This document shows positions 20,214 through 27,915 of a stretch of DNA of 51,934 nucleotides, one piece after another. Every line of letters begins with the position of its first letter. Positions within the stretch are counted from its first letter, which is position 1. The DNA comes from Desulfobacterales bacterium (GTDB lineage Bacteria > Desulfobacterota > Desulfobacteria > Desulfobacterales > UBA11574), in assembly GCA_020345745.1 (NCBI GenBank), contig CP070768.1:3347395-3399328 (forward strand), given 5' to 3'. A program made the translations under genes and the position numbers. Below the pieces are notes generated by a model. It did not search any database. It was not told the DNA's origin and was given only the letters and a program-made list of their open reading frames with translations.

Positions 20214-20537
20214 ATGAGAAAACTGTTATTAATTTTTATTTTTTTGTTATCGTTTCAGATCGATGTTCACGCCACTATGTATAAATATGATTATTATGGC
20301 TCAATTAGCTTTAATGATCTAAATGTAAATAGTACCACCATAATTATCGACACCCCATTATATGTTCCAGGCATTAGAAATATCAATAATGATGGACATT
20401 GGGAATGGGGATACACAGTTTCAGATTCTAATGCTCATCCGATCCCAGAACCTGCAACAATGTTTCTTTTAGGTTCTGGGCTACTTGCCCTTGGTTGGAT
20501 TGGTCGGAAAAAGATAATTAATGGTAATTGGAAATGA
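20214..20537 (+). CDS. Short PEP-CTERM protein
   Basis: Signal peptide (VHA); PIPEPATMFLLGSGLLALGWIGRKK sorting signal. Confidence 0.9.
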   Translation: MRKLLLIFIFLLSFQIDVHATMYKYDYYGSISFNDLNVNSTTIIIDTPLYVPGIRNINNDGHWEWGYTVSDSNAHPIPEPATMFLLGSGLLALGWIGRKKIINGNWK

Positions 20538-20686
20538 ATGGCATTCAATTAAATGATAATGGTGGTAGACGATTAGGAGTTGATAGGAGACAATATTCTT
20601 ATTATTTTCATATTCCTGAACGCAGGTCTGGTAAAGATCGTAGAAGCGGGCTTGATAGAAGACAAGAAATAAGAACAGCTGAGTAA
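20534..20686 (+). CDS. 50-aa DRR-repeat arginine-rich microprotein, paralog 1
   Basis: MNGIQLNDNGGRRLGVDRRQYSYYFHIPERRSGKDRRSGLDRRQEIRTAE; ATGA overlap with the upstream stop; paralog at 22237 differs at many synonymous positions. Confidence 0.85.
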   Translation: MNGIQLNDNGGRRLGVDRRQYSYYFHIPERRSGKDRRSGLDRRQEIRTAE

Positions 20687-20701
20687 TAGAGATATTCAAT
20701 A

Positions 20702-20797
20702 GAGCAGGATCAGCAATGGTCCTGCTTTTTTATTATCCGACTTGCGATATCTGCTATAAATGACACGAATTTCAACCCTATAATTTTTGCAGATATC
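20702..20797 (+). repeat. Terminator plus junction site J (20746-20797)
   Basis: AGCAGGA..TCCTGCT-T tract, TTATCCGAC, GATATCTGC-N34-GCAGATATC (52 bp). Confidence 0.8.
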
Positions 20798-21222
20798 ACA
20801 ATGCCGGATACAATGTTCTATAATCCACATACTGGCAAGATATATGTAATCACCCCCCTTCTTTTCCCTCAATTCATACCATCAATGAATACCACAATGC
20901 AGCATACAGCCCTTTGAACTATGTCACATATTATGAAAAACATTTCACAAAATTTATGTAGTTTATCCCACAATTACCTAGTTTTTGTCCAAACTTGTTA
21001 GAAATTTAATATGCTTAAAAATATCTACAGATCTTCCAACTAATTGATTTTTATAGATATTTATGCGTCTTTGTTGTAACCGACTGAATTTGCATGATTT
21101 TTGCATAGAATATAAAAATTTGGCAAAGATTCTATATAATTAACCTAAACAATTTGAACAAAGGAATTACCCGGCTAGTCGAACTGGCACGGGCCTAAAG
21201 GCCTTAAACGAGATTTTAGCTT

Positions 21223-21810
21223 ATGGAAACTAAAAAGACCAATGTTAAGATCAGTGAACTTGAGGCTCGTTTAATTCAATTAGTATTTGAAATGTCAGAA
21301 TCAGAAGCAATAGAGCTTTTAGGAAAACTGGAAAAAAGAAAAAAATTAATCCATGGTGAGAAAGAGAAAAGAAAGTATCCAAGAAATAGCACTTTTAGTC
21401 ATGTAGAGTGCTCAGGAAGGCATTGTGCATTCACAGATTTTATTCAAAATATAAGTAGTAGTGGACTTTATTCAGAAGTAATAGAACTCTTAGGAAAACT
21501 GGAAAAAAGAGAAAAATTAATCCATGGTGAGAGAGAGAAAAGGAAATATCCAAGAAATAGCACTTTTATTCATGTAGAGTGCTCAGGAGATTATTGTAGT
21601 TTCACAGATTTTATTCAAAATATAAGTGACGGTGGACTTTTTATTGAGACTCAAATTCCTTTATTCACAGGACTTAAGCTTTCTTTAATTTTCTCCCCTA
21701 ATGATTTTGAGGATCCTATTAAAATATCAGGGACAATAGTCAGAATCGATTCAAAAGGTATTGCTATACAATTCGACAAGCCTATATCAACAATTAATCC
21801 ATTCATATAA
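21223..21810 (+). CDS. PilZ protein with an internal 57-aa tandem duplication
   Basis: Two EKRKYPR and two NISxxG motifs; 171-bp DNA repeat period (21301 / 21472). Confidence 0.88.
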   Translation: METKKTNVKISELEARLIQLVFEMSESEAIELLGKLEKRKKLIHGEKEKRKYPRNSTFSHVECSGRHCAFTDFIQNISSSGLYSEVIELLGKLEKREKLIHGEREKRKYPRNSTFIHVECSGDYCSFTDFIQNISDGGLFIETQIPLFTGLKLSLIFSPNDFEDPIKISGTIVRIDSKGIAIQFDKPISTINPFI

Positions 21811-21840
21811 ATGGCTCAGTTTTTCTATTACTCGACCTTT

Positions 21841-21940
21841 GATCTCTGCTATGAAAGCCTGAATGTCAGGCATCTAATATATTTGTGATATTGTTTTTAT
21901 AAGGGCAAATCCATTTCAAGGAGTTTGCTCTTTTCATTTT
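21841..21940 (+). repeat. Junction repeat copy I, inverted relative to copies A-H
   Basis: GATCTCTGCTATGAAAGCC...TATTTGTGATATT (21841-21892) then AAGGGCAAATCC...GGAGTTTGCTCTTTT. Confidence 0.85.
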
Positions 21941-22034
21941 TATGGTATATGTAACTGGTTTCAATTAAGGTAAAAAACAATTTTAGCCGCACTTTATCAT
22001 CTTCACAATTTATAATCTTTCAGAAAGAATAGAA

Positions 22035-22211
22035 ATGATGACTACGAGCGATTTACATCCTGATAATATTGGATATTATGGGAAACCAGTTTCGTCTTTA
22101 AACAAAGGTGAATTAGTAAAAATTGTCTTGGAATTATCAGAAATAATTTACAATTGCCCTGTCAAAGGCAAATGTAGTGAAATTTTAAAACTTATCGACA
22201 ATCAATCTTGA
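22035..22211 (+). CDS. Hypothetical 58-aa protein
   Basis: MMTTSDLHPDNIGYYGKPVSSLNKGELVKIVLEL...; open frame co-oriented with the downstream microprotein. Confidence 0.5.
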   Translation: MMTTSDLHPDNIGYYGKPVSSLNKGELVKIVLELSEIIYNCPVKGKCSEILKLIDNQS

Positions 22212-22236
22212 ATAAATCGAAAAGGATCTAAAAACT

Positions 22237-22389
22237 ATGACTCCGACTATGTTGCCTGATAATGGAGGCAGACGTTTAGGCGCAGATCGACGTCAATTCT
22301 CATACAACCATCATATCCCTGAGCGTAGATCAGGTAAAGATAGGAGGAGTGGACTTGATAGAAGACTAATACTAAGAATGGCAGAATAG
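22237..22389 (+). CDS. 50-aa DRR-repeat arginine-rich microprotein, paralog 2
   Basis: MTPTMLPDNGGRRLGADRRQFSYNHHIPERRSGKDRRSGLDRRLILRMAE; AAGGA RBS. Confidence 0.85.
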   Translation: MTPTMLPDNGGRRLGADRRQFSYNHHIPERRSGKDRRSGLDRRLILRMAE

Positions 22390-22405
22390 CGAAACTAATT
22401 TATAT

Positions 22406-22500
22406 GAGCAGGGCCGGGAATGGCTCTGATTTTTTATTATCCGACCTTTGATATCTGCTATATATGGAATCCACAAGTGCCATTCCGGGGTTGTGATATC
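22406..22500 (+). repeat. Terminator plus junction site K (22450-22500)
   Basis: Homologous to 20702-20797; GATATCTGCTATA...TTGTGATATC. Confidence 0.8.
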
Positions 22501-22521
22501 AACAATACCTAATAAACGAAA

Positions 22522-22755
22522 CTACCATTTTATTTCGGTAAAATGGTTAAAAGTCCTATCTGCCTTGGCGGGGTCACCGTGCCACCGTTCCTTGCGATGA
22601 ACTAGCGAATTTACAAACGACTTTGCGGTTGCTCTCTTTGGTCGAAAAACGGCGATACTTACCACAAAGAAATTCAACGAAAAATGTTTTGCCGTTCCCG
22701 ATTTCTCCAAAATAGCAAGGGACACTGATTCGACGCGCAAATTCGATATGTGCAA
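22522..22755 (-). CDS. Hypothetical protein
   Basis: AAGGAGG RBS before the TTG; upstream sigma54 promoter; no family recognised. Confidence 0.4.
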   Translation of the reverse strand: MHISNLRVESVSLAILEKSGTAKHFSLNFFVVSIAVFRPKRATAKSFVNSLVHRKERWHGDPAKADRTFNHFTEIKW

Positions 22756-22964
22756 TTCCCCTCCTTAATATGTTCTGAATAACGTCACTATTCTAACAAT
22801 CGTAATCTTTAGACTCCCTAAGAGCTTGTGATTATAATTCATATTAAACGTATTGCATTTATAGGCTCGATAGCTATTGATACAAAAATCACGCTATTGG
22901 ATGTGCTAAGATCTTGTGATTATTATTCATCTTTATTTATTACGACGGCTGTTACTGTTTTTCG

Positions 22965-22979
22965 GCAAAAAACATGCCA
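22965..22979 (-). promoter_or_regulatory. Sigma54 -24/-12 promoter
   Basis: TGGCATGTTTTTTGC, near consensus. Confidence 0.7.
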
Positions 22980-23250
22980 CCATATATTTTCCTTTTAATT
23001 TCAGTTATATAAAGGTAAAAATGCTCAACAATATACCAAATTGGGACCTGTTAAAAATAGTCCATTGAGCAACGGAACGGATTGTTTCTCATGTCAAAAA
23101 GATGGCCCAAGAGAATTTGCTTGCGTAAGGATTGGGAAAAAGGCCTAATTTTTTAAAGGGGAGTGTTTTTCCTGTGTCTAGATCTGTGCCTAGTTTTTAG
23201 CCAAAAAGGGTGTTTTTACGTACTTTTTGTGATATAAAGGAAAGGATTAA

Positions 23251-23288
23251 AAAAGGGTTGCAAGTCATTGAAATTCTTGCAACCCTTT
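23251..23288 (-). terminator. Terminator downstream of the tRNA operon
   Basis: AAAGGGTTGCAAG / CTTGCAACCCTTT 13-bp stem plus T tract. Confidence 0.8.
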
Positions 23289-23298
23289 GATATTGTTG

Positions 23299-23373
23299 TG
23301 GAGGCGGCAACCAGATTCGAACTGGTGAATAGCGGTTTTGCAGACCGCTGCCTTACCACTTGGCTATGCCGCC
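23299..23373 (-). tRNA. tRNA-Cys(GCA)
   Basis: GGCGGCATAGCCAAGTGGTAAGG...CTGCAAA...GTTCGAATC...GCCGCCTCCA. Confidence 0.97.
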
Positions 23374-23383
23374 CAAAAAAAAA

Positions 23384-23458
23384 TGGAGCGGGAAACGGGA
23401 TTTGAACCCGCGACTTCGACCTTGGCAAGGTCGCACTCTACCACTGAGTTATTCCCGC
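23384..23458 (-). tRNA. tRNA-Gly(GCC)
   Basis: GCGGGAATAACTCAGTGGTAGAG...TTGCCAA...GTTCAAATC...TCCCGCTCCA. Confidence 0.97.
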
Positions 23459-23510
23459 TCAGCATCATGATTTTCATAAATAGTTATTTCAAATTTGTCA
23501 ATAAAAAAAA

Positions 23511-24077
23511 CTAGGTCTTAAGAAGCGTTTTAAATTTAAAGAAATAATCCGCACCTGACCAGATAGTCAATATCAAAGCAACCCATAGAAATATGGCCCC
23601 GATGGCGTGAAAATCGATGGTAAAGTAGGGAAAATGGATAATAAGAGGAATAATGGCAGCAATTTGAAATCCTGTTTTATATTTCCCAAGGCTGGACGCA
23701 GAAACATCCTTGCCCTTTTGGGCAACAATATTTCTCAAACCGGTGACTGCGATCTCGCGACCGATGATAATGCAAACGATCCAGGATGGTATCCACCCCA
23801 GCGATGCCAACATGATAAACGCAGAAGACACCAGCAGTTTATCTGCAATAGGATCCATCACTTTTCCGAAATTGGATATCAGCCCCTTCTGTCTTGCAAG
23901 AAATCCGTCCAGAAAATCGGTGATGGCAGCGATACTAAAAAACAAGGCAGCCACAAATGTGGAAAGCCGGTTCGGAAACAAAAGAAGAATTACAATAACA
24001 GGTACAGCTGCAACTCGAAACAAGGTCAGGCTATTCGGGTGACTCAAAATCTTTTTTATTGGTCTGTTTGAAGACAT
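23511..24077 (-). CDS. pgsA: Phosphatidylglycerophosphate synthase
   Basis: PN.LT..R, TDFLDGFLAR...FGKVMDPIADK; pgsA-tRNA-Gly-tRNA-Cys synteny; start codon uncertain. Confidence 0.95.
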   Translation of the reverse strand: MSSNRPIKKILSHPNSLTLFRVAAVPVIVILLLFPNRLSTFVAALFFSIAAITDFLDGFLARQKGLISNFGKVMDPIADKLLVSSAFIMLASLGWIPSWIVCIIIGREIAVTGLRNIVAQKGKDVSASSLGKYKTGFQIAAIIPLIIHFPYFTIDFHAIGAIFLWVALILTIWSGADYFFKFKTLLKT

Positions 24078-24133
24078 GGTTCTCGATCCTGTGCGATTCA
24101 AGCATTAGCAATGCCCATAGTTCATCCTGCTGT

Positions 24134-24778
24134 CTACCCTTTTCCCTTGTTCCAGTCATCAAGAAAAGCCTTGAGGCCTTTATCGGTTAGAGGGTGAGCC
24201 GCCAACTTGCCCAGCACAGCAAAGGGGAGCGTGGCAATATCGGCACCGATTACAGCTGCGTCAAGTACATGGACCGGGTTGCGGACGCTCGCTACAATGA
24301 TCTCGGTATCATAAGCGTAATTGCTATAAATTTCAACAAGCTGTTCAACTAAAACAAGACCTTCCTGTGCCAGATCATCCAGGCGCCCAACAAACGGGCT
24401 AACGTACGTAGCCCCGGCTTTAGCCGCCATTAGCGCCTGCAGCGGTGAAAAGATCAGTGTTACGTTGGTTTTAATTCCTTCCTCAGTCAGCGTTCTTGTC
24501 GCCTTCAAACCGTCAACCGTCATGGGAATCTTGACCACGATATTGTTGCGGATCTTTGCCAGGTGGTGGGCCTCTTTGAGCATACCTTCGGTATCCGTAC
24601 TGATAACCTCCGCGTTAACAGGGCCATCAACAATATCACAAATCTCCTTTATAATCTCTTCAAACGCTCCTTCTTCCTTGGCAATCAGACTCGGATTGGT
24701 GGTAACCCCATCCACCATTCCCATGCTGTATGCTTCCTTTATTTCGTCTAGGTTGGCCGTGTCTATAAAAAATTTCAT
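24134..24778 (-). CDS. fsa: Transaldolase / fructose-6-phosphate aldolase
   Basis: [33 protein letters not shown]. Confidence 0.95.
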   Translation of the reverse strand: MKFFIDTANLDEIKEAYSMGMVDGVTTNPSLIAKEEGAFEEIIKEICDIVDGPVNAEVISTDTEGMLKEAHHLAKIRNNIVVKIPMTVDGLKATRTLTEEGIKTNVTLIFSPLQALMAAKAGATYVSPFVGRLDDLAQEGLVLVEQLVEIYSNYAYDTEIIVASVRNPVHVLDAAVIGADIATLPFAVLGKLAAHPLTDKGLKAFLDDWNKGKG

Positions 24779-24811
24779 TGAATCACTCCTCCCATGGTTT
24801 CTGTTATTTTT

Positions 24812-25063
24812 TTAATTTCTATTTACAAATTTATCCCGACATGCCTTACTGCAAAAATACAAATCCTTGCCATCTGATCGCAAATGCACACCATCTTTTT
24901 TGGGAAAATATATCTCACAAAAAGGATCTTTTATCATTATATCATCGATCTCTTTGACGTCGTTGCTTGATACCGTTTTCTGATACAACCCGCTTTGGGC
25001 CATCCAAGATTTGAGAGCCCGGTAGCATAGGTATATAAGACCCAATAATATTAATAGGCGCAT
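24812..25063 (-). CDS. YHS/TRASH-domain small membrane protein
   Basis: N-terminal TM; KDPFCEIY...YFCSKACRDKF. Confidence 0.85.
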   Translation of the reverse strand: MRLLILLGLIYLCYRALKSWMAQSGLYQKTVSSNDVKEIDDIMIKDPFCEIYFPKKDGVHLRSDGKDLYFCSKACRDKFVNRN

Positions 25064-25557
25064 CTATATTCTTCAATCCTTTGTTCATCCTCATCCAGCA
25101 TCTCCAACAAGCTTTGCATATTTTTCATTAACACTGGATGAATAATTTTAGCGTCTATATCGCAAATCGGTTGTAATACAAACCGTCTCTTGTGCATTCT
25201 GGGATGTGGAACGACCAATTTGGATGACGTTACCACCAAGTTGTCAACCAACAAGATATCCAGATCGAGAATCCGTGGACCAAATTTTACAGGATCAGCA
25301 ACACGCCCGACATCGCGCTCAATCGACTTGAGTGTGTGTAATAGCTCAAAAGGGTTTTTGGCGGTCTCGATTTTTGCCACACAATTGATAAACCAGTCCT
25401 GTGCTTGGTAGTCGACAGGTTCTGTTTTGTAAAAGCGTGACTGATCCTTTAAAACCGTGCCGCCGGATTTTATCAGTGATTCTATTCCGTTTTGGCAGTT
25501 GGCAAGTTTGTTTCCGATATTAGACCCAGCACCGATGTATACCGTGTAATTCCCCAC
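25051..25557 (-). CDS. folK: HPPK (dihydropteridine pyrophosphokinase)
   Basis: YIGAGSNIG, GPRILDLDIL, PHPRMHKRRFVLQP; GTG start just after the dapF stop. Confidence 0.95.
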   Translation of the reverse strand: MGNYTVYIGAGSNIGNKLANCQNGIESLIKSGGTVLKDQSRFYKTEPVDYQAQDWFINCVAKIETAKNPFELLHTLKSIERDVGRVADPVKFGPRILDLDILLVDNLVVTSSKLVVPHPRMHKRRFVLQPICDIDAKIIHPVLMKNMQSLLEMLDEDEQRIEEYRCAY

Positions 25558-25561
25558 GCTT

Positions 25562-26386
25562 CTATTTCCAGGCATCTTCACAAAGCCGTGCCTTGTATAT
25601 GATGCGGGCATCCCCTTCAAGGTAGATATCAGAATAAATACCTTTTTCTACGGTATAATAAATACTGAGCCGCTCACCGCTGCGAGTCAGGATGCTGACC
25701 GGCGATGTTACATTCAATTTATCGGCCATGACAATGGCGCTGGCCACAGCTCCCGTACCACAAGCAAGCGTTTCATCTTCCACGCCCCTTTCATATGTCC
25801 TCATGGCAACGACATTGTCTGCCATGGGACATATGAAATTTACGTTGGTACCTGCAGGGGCAAATGTTTCATGGAACCGAATCTTTCGACCCAACTCAAC
25901 CACCGATGCTTCCTCAATATCGTCTACAACGATGACCACATGGGGAACCCCTGTATGAATGCTGGCGATAGGAAGGGCACCCTCTTCTAGATGGAGCTCA
26001 TCGTCTTTTTTAAAATCGGTTGGATCGGGCATTTTTATTTTGACCCTGTCATCGATGATCTGGGCATGGATAACACCGGCTTCGGTTTTAAAGGACATCC
26101 GGGGCCCGGCGATGTTGTTTTCATACGCAAATCGCGCTGCACAACGGGCGCCGTTCCCGCACATTTCCGCAACGCTTCCATCAGAATTATAAAATCGCCA
26201 CTCGAAATCAACGTCGTCCGAGTTCTCCACAAGGATAAAGCCGTCAGCACCGACAGACATTTTTCTTCTGCATACGCTTGCGATAAATTTGACCAAATCA
26301 GCGTCATTAACGACCTTTTTTCTATTGTCGATAATGATAAAATCATTACCGCTGCCGCTCATTTTGTAAAAATTCAAAGGCTGCAT
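25562..26386 (-). CDS. dapF: Diaminopimelate epimerase
   Basis: GSGNDF, EMCGNGARC, ERGVEDETLACGTG. Confidence 0.97.
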   Translation of the reverse strand: MQPLNFYKMSGSGNDFIIIDNRKKVVNDADLVKFIASVCRRKMSVGADGFILVENSDDVDFEWRFYNSDGSVAEMCGNGARCAARFAYENNIAGPRMSFKTEAGVIHAQIIDDRVKIKMPDPTDFKKDDELHLEEGALPIASIHTGVPHVVIVVDDIEEASVVELGRKIRFHETFAPAGTNVNFICPMADNVVAMRTYERGVEDETLACGTGAVASAIVMADKLNVTSPVSILTRSGERLSIYYTVEKGIYSDIYLEGDARIIYKARLCEDAWK

Positions 26387-26482
26387 ATCTTATTATTCAT
26401 ACCACAAGTTTAGAAGTTCAATATTTTTTCCCATAAAAAACCGTAAAGCCCTTTTGTCCGAAGCTTTTGATATCTTATGTTT

Positions 26483-27742
26483 TCACGAATTGAGAAATGT
26501 CGGAATCGATTCACCGGCAACCAGATCCTCATATTCCTGACGCTTTTTTATAATATAAAACTGGTCGTCGTTGACCATCACTTCAGCCACCTTGGGCCGG
26601 GAACAATAATTGGATGACATCACAAATCCATAGGCGCCTGCACTCATCACTGCAAGAAGATCCCCTTGTTTGACATCAGGGATATTTCGATCTATTGCTA
26701 GAAAATCGCTCGTTTCGCAAATTGGCCCGACAATATCGGCAGTAATCATCCGGTCATTTCCTGCCGATACGGCCTTAATCGCGTGAAAAGCATTGTACAA
26801 AGTGGGACGCATAAGATCGTTCATCCCGGCGTCAGCAATAACAAATTCTTTTGTTGGACCCGACTTTCTGAAAAGAACCCGGGTTACAAGTATTCCGGCA
26901 TTCCCCACAATAACCCTACCGGGTTCCAAAATAAGGTGTAGATCTGTCCCTTTTAGGGATTCGACGATAGCTTTAGCATATTCGCGAGGATGGGGAGGTG
27001 ACTCATCGTCATACGTTATGCCAAGGCCGCCACCCATGTCAAGATACCGTATGTCGATTCCCATCTTTTTTATTTCATTCAAAAGGCTTTTTAGGCTTGC
27101 CAGAGCCTCTTGAAAAGGTTTTGCATCGGTAATTTGCGATCCGATGTGGCAGTCAATACCGATAATTTCAACATTTTCAAGCTCATTTGCCATCTGGTAC
27201 CCTTTAAGCGCTGACGCTGTATCGATACCGAATTTATTCTTTTTCAGACCGGTAGAGATATACGGATGCGTTTTGGGATCAACATCGGGATTGACTCGAA
27301 CGGCAACAGGTGCCTTCTTTTTTAAAAGACCTGCTCTTTTATCGATCAGTTTGAGTTCTTCGAGAGACTCGACGTTAAACATCAATATGCCGGTGTTAAG
27401 GGCATAATCTATTTCGTCAACTCTCTTGCCAACACCGGAATAAACAATTGTTTTAGGTAAAAAACCAGCCTTTAATCCACGGTATAACTCTCCGCCCGAT
27501 ACGATATCAAGGCCCCCACCCAGATTGACAAATAATTTCAAAATAGCCAGATTTGAATTGGCTTTTGCTGAAAAACAGACCAGTCTTTTTAATCCTTCAA
27601 ACGCTTTGTCAAAGATGAGGAAATGTCGTTTTAAGGTCGCATGACTGTACAAAAAGAAAGGGGTCCCGACCTTTTCAGCAATGGTCCTAACCGGAATATT
27701 TTCACAATACAACTCATGGTCTCGATATTCAAAGTGATGCAT
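26483..27742 (-). CDS. lysA: Diaminopimelate decarboxylase
   Basis: KANSN, HIGSQI, EPGR, GPICET.D, GAYG. Confidence 0.97.
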   Translation of the reverse strand: MHHFEYRDHELYCENIPVRTIAEKVGTPFFLYSHATLKRHFLIFDKAFEGLKRLVCFSAKANSNLAILKLFVNLGGGLDIVSGGELYRGLKAGFLPKTIVYSGVGKRVDEIDYALNTGILMFNVESLEELKLIDKRAGLLKKKAPVAVRVNPDVDPKTHPYISTGLKKNKFGIDTASALKGYQMANELENVEIIGIDCHIGSQITDAKPFQEALASLKSLLNEIKKMGIDIRYLDMGGGLGITYDDESPPHPREYAKAIVESLKGTDLHLILEPGRVIVGNAGILVTRVLFRKSGPTKEFVIADAGMNDLMRPTLYNAFHAIKAVSAGNDRMITADIVGPICETSDFLAIDRNIPDVKQGDLLAVMSAGAYGFVMSSNYCSRPKVAEVMVNDDQFYIIKKRQEYEDLVAGESIPTFLNS

Positions 27743-27749
27743 AACTTAC

Positions 27750-27908
27750 CTATTCAAATAAAAATGGACTTAGACTGTTGACTGCCGATGGTTTTCCTTT
27801 GTCCGGTGGTTTTGGCGGCGCCTTTTTCCCACATCCAGAGAATAAAAAGCATAGCAAAATCATCGTCAATAATTTCAATAGTACCGAATTTTTAAGCGTT
27901 ATCATCAT
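27750..27908 (-). CDS. Small lipoprotein (LptM/LppL-like N-terminus, 52 aa)
   Basis: MMITLKNSVLLKLLTMILLCFLFSGCGKKAPPKPP...; lipobox plus CGxKxP; argH-lysA position. Confidence 0.75.
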   Translation of the reverse strand: MMITLKNSVLLKLLTMILLCFLFSGCGKKAPPKPPDKGKPSAVNSLSPFLFE

Positions 27909-27915
27909 ATCTAAA

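Noticed and set aside
20481-20699. 72-aa minus-strand ORF
   Set aside because: Shadow of the plus-strand DRR microprotein, which has a conserved paralog.
22263-22269. TGGAGGC as a duplicated tRNA-Cys 3' end (att site)
   Set aside because: Only 7 bp and inside a coding region; expected by chance.
9054-22500. Junction repeats as a CRISPR array
   Set aside because: Spacing is hundreds to thousands of bp and contains whole genes; repeats are degenerate; no cas genes in the window.
23216-23428. 70-aa ORF
   Set aside because: Overlaps the two tRNA genes and the terminator.
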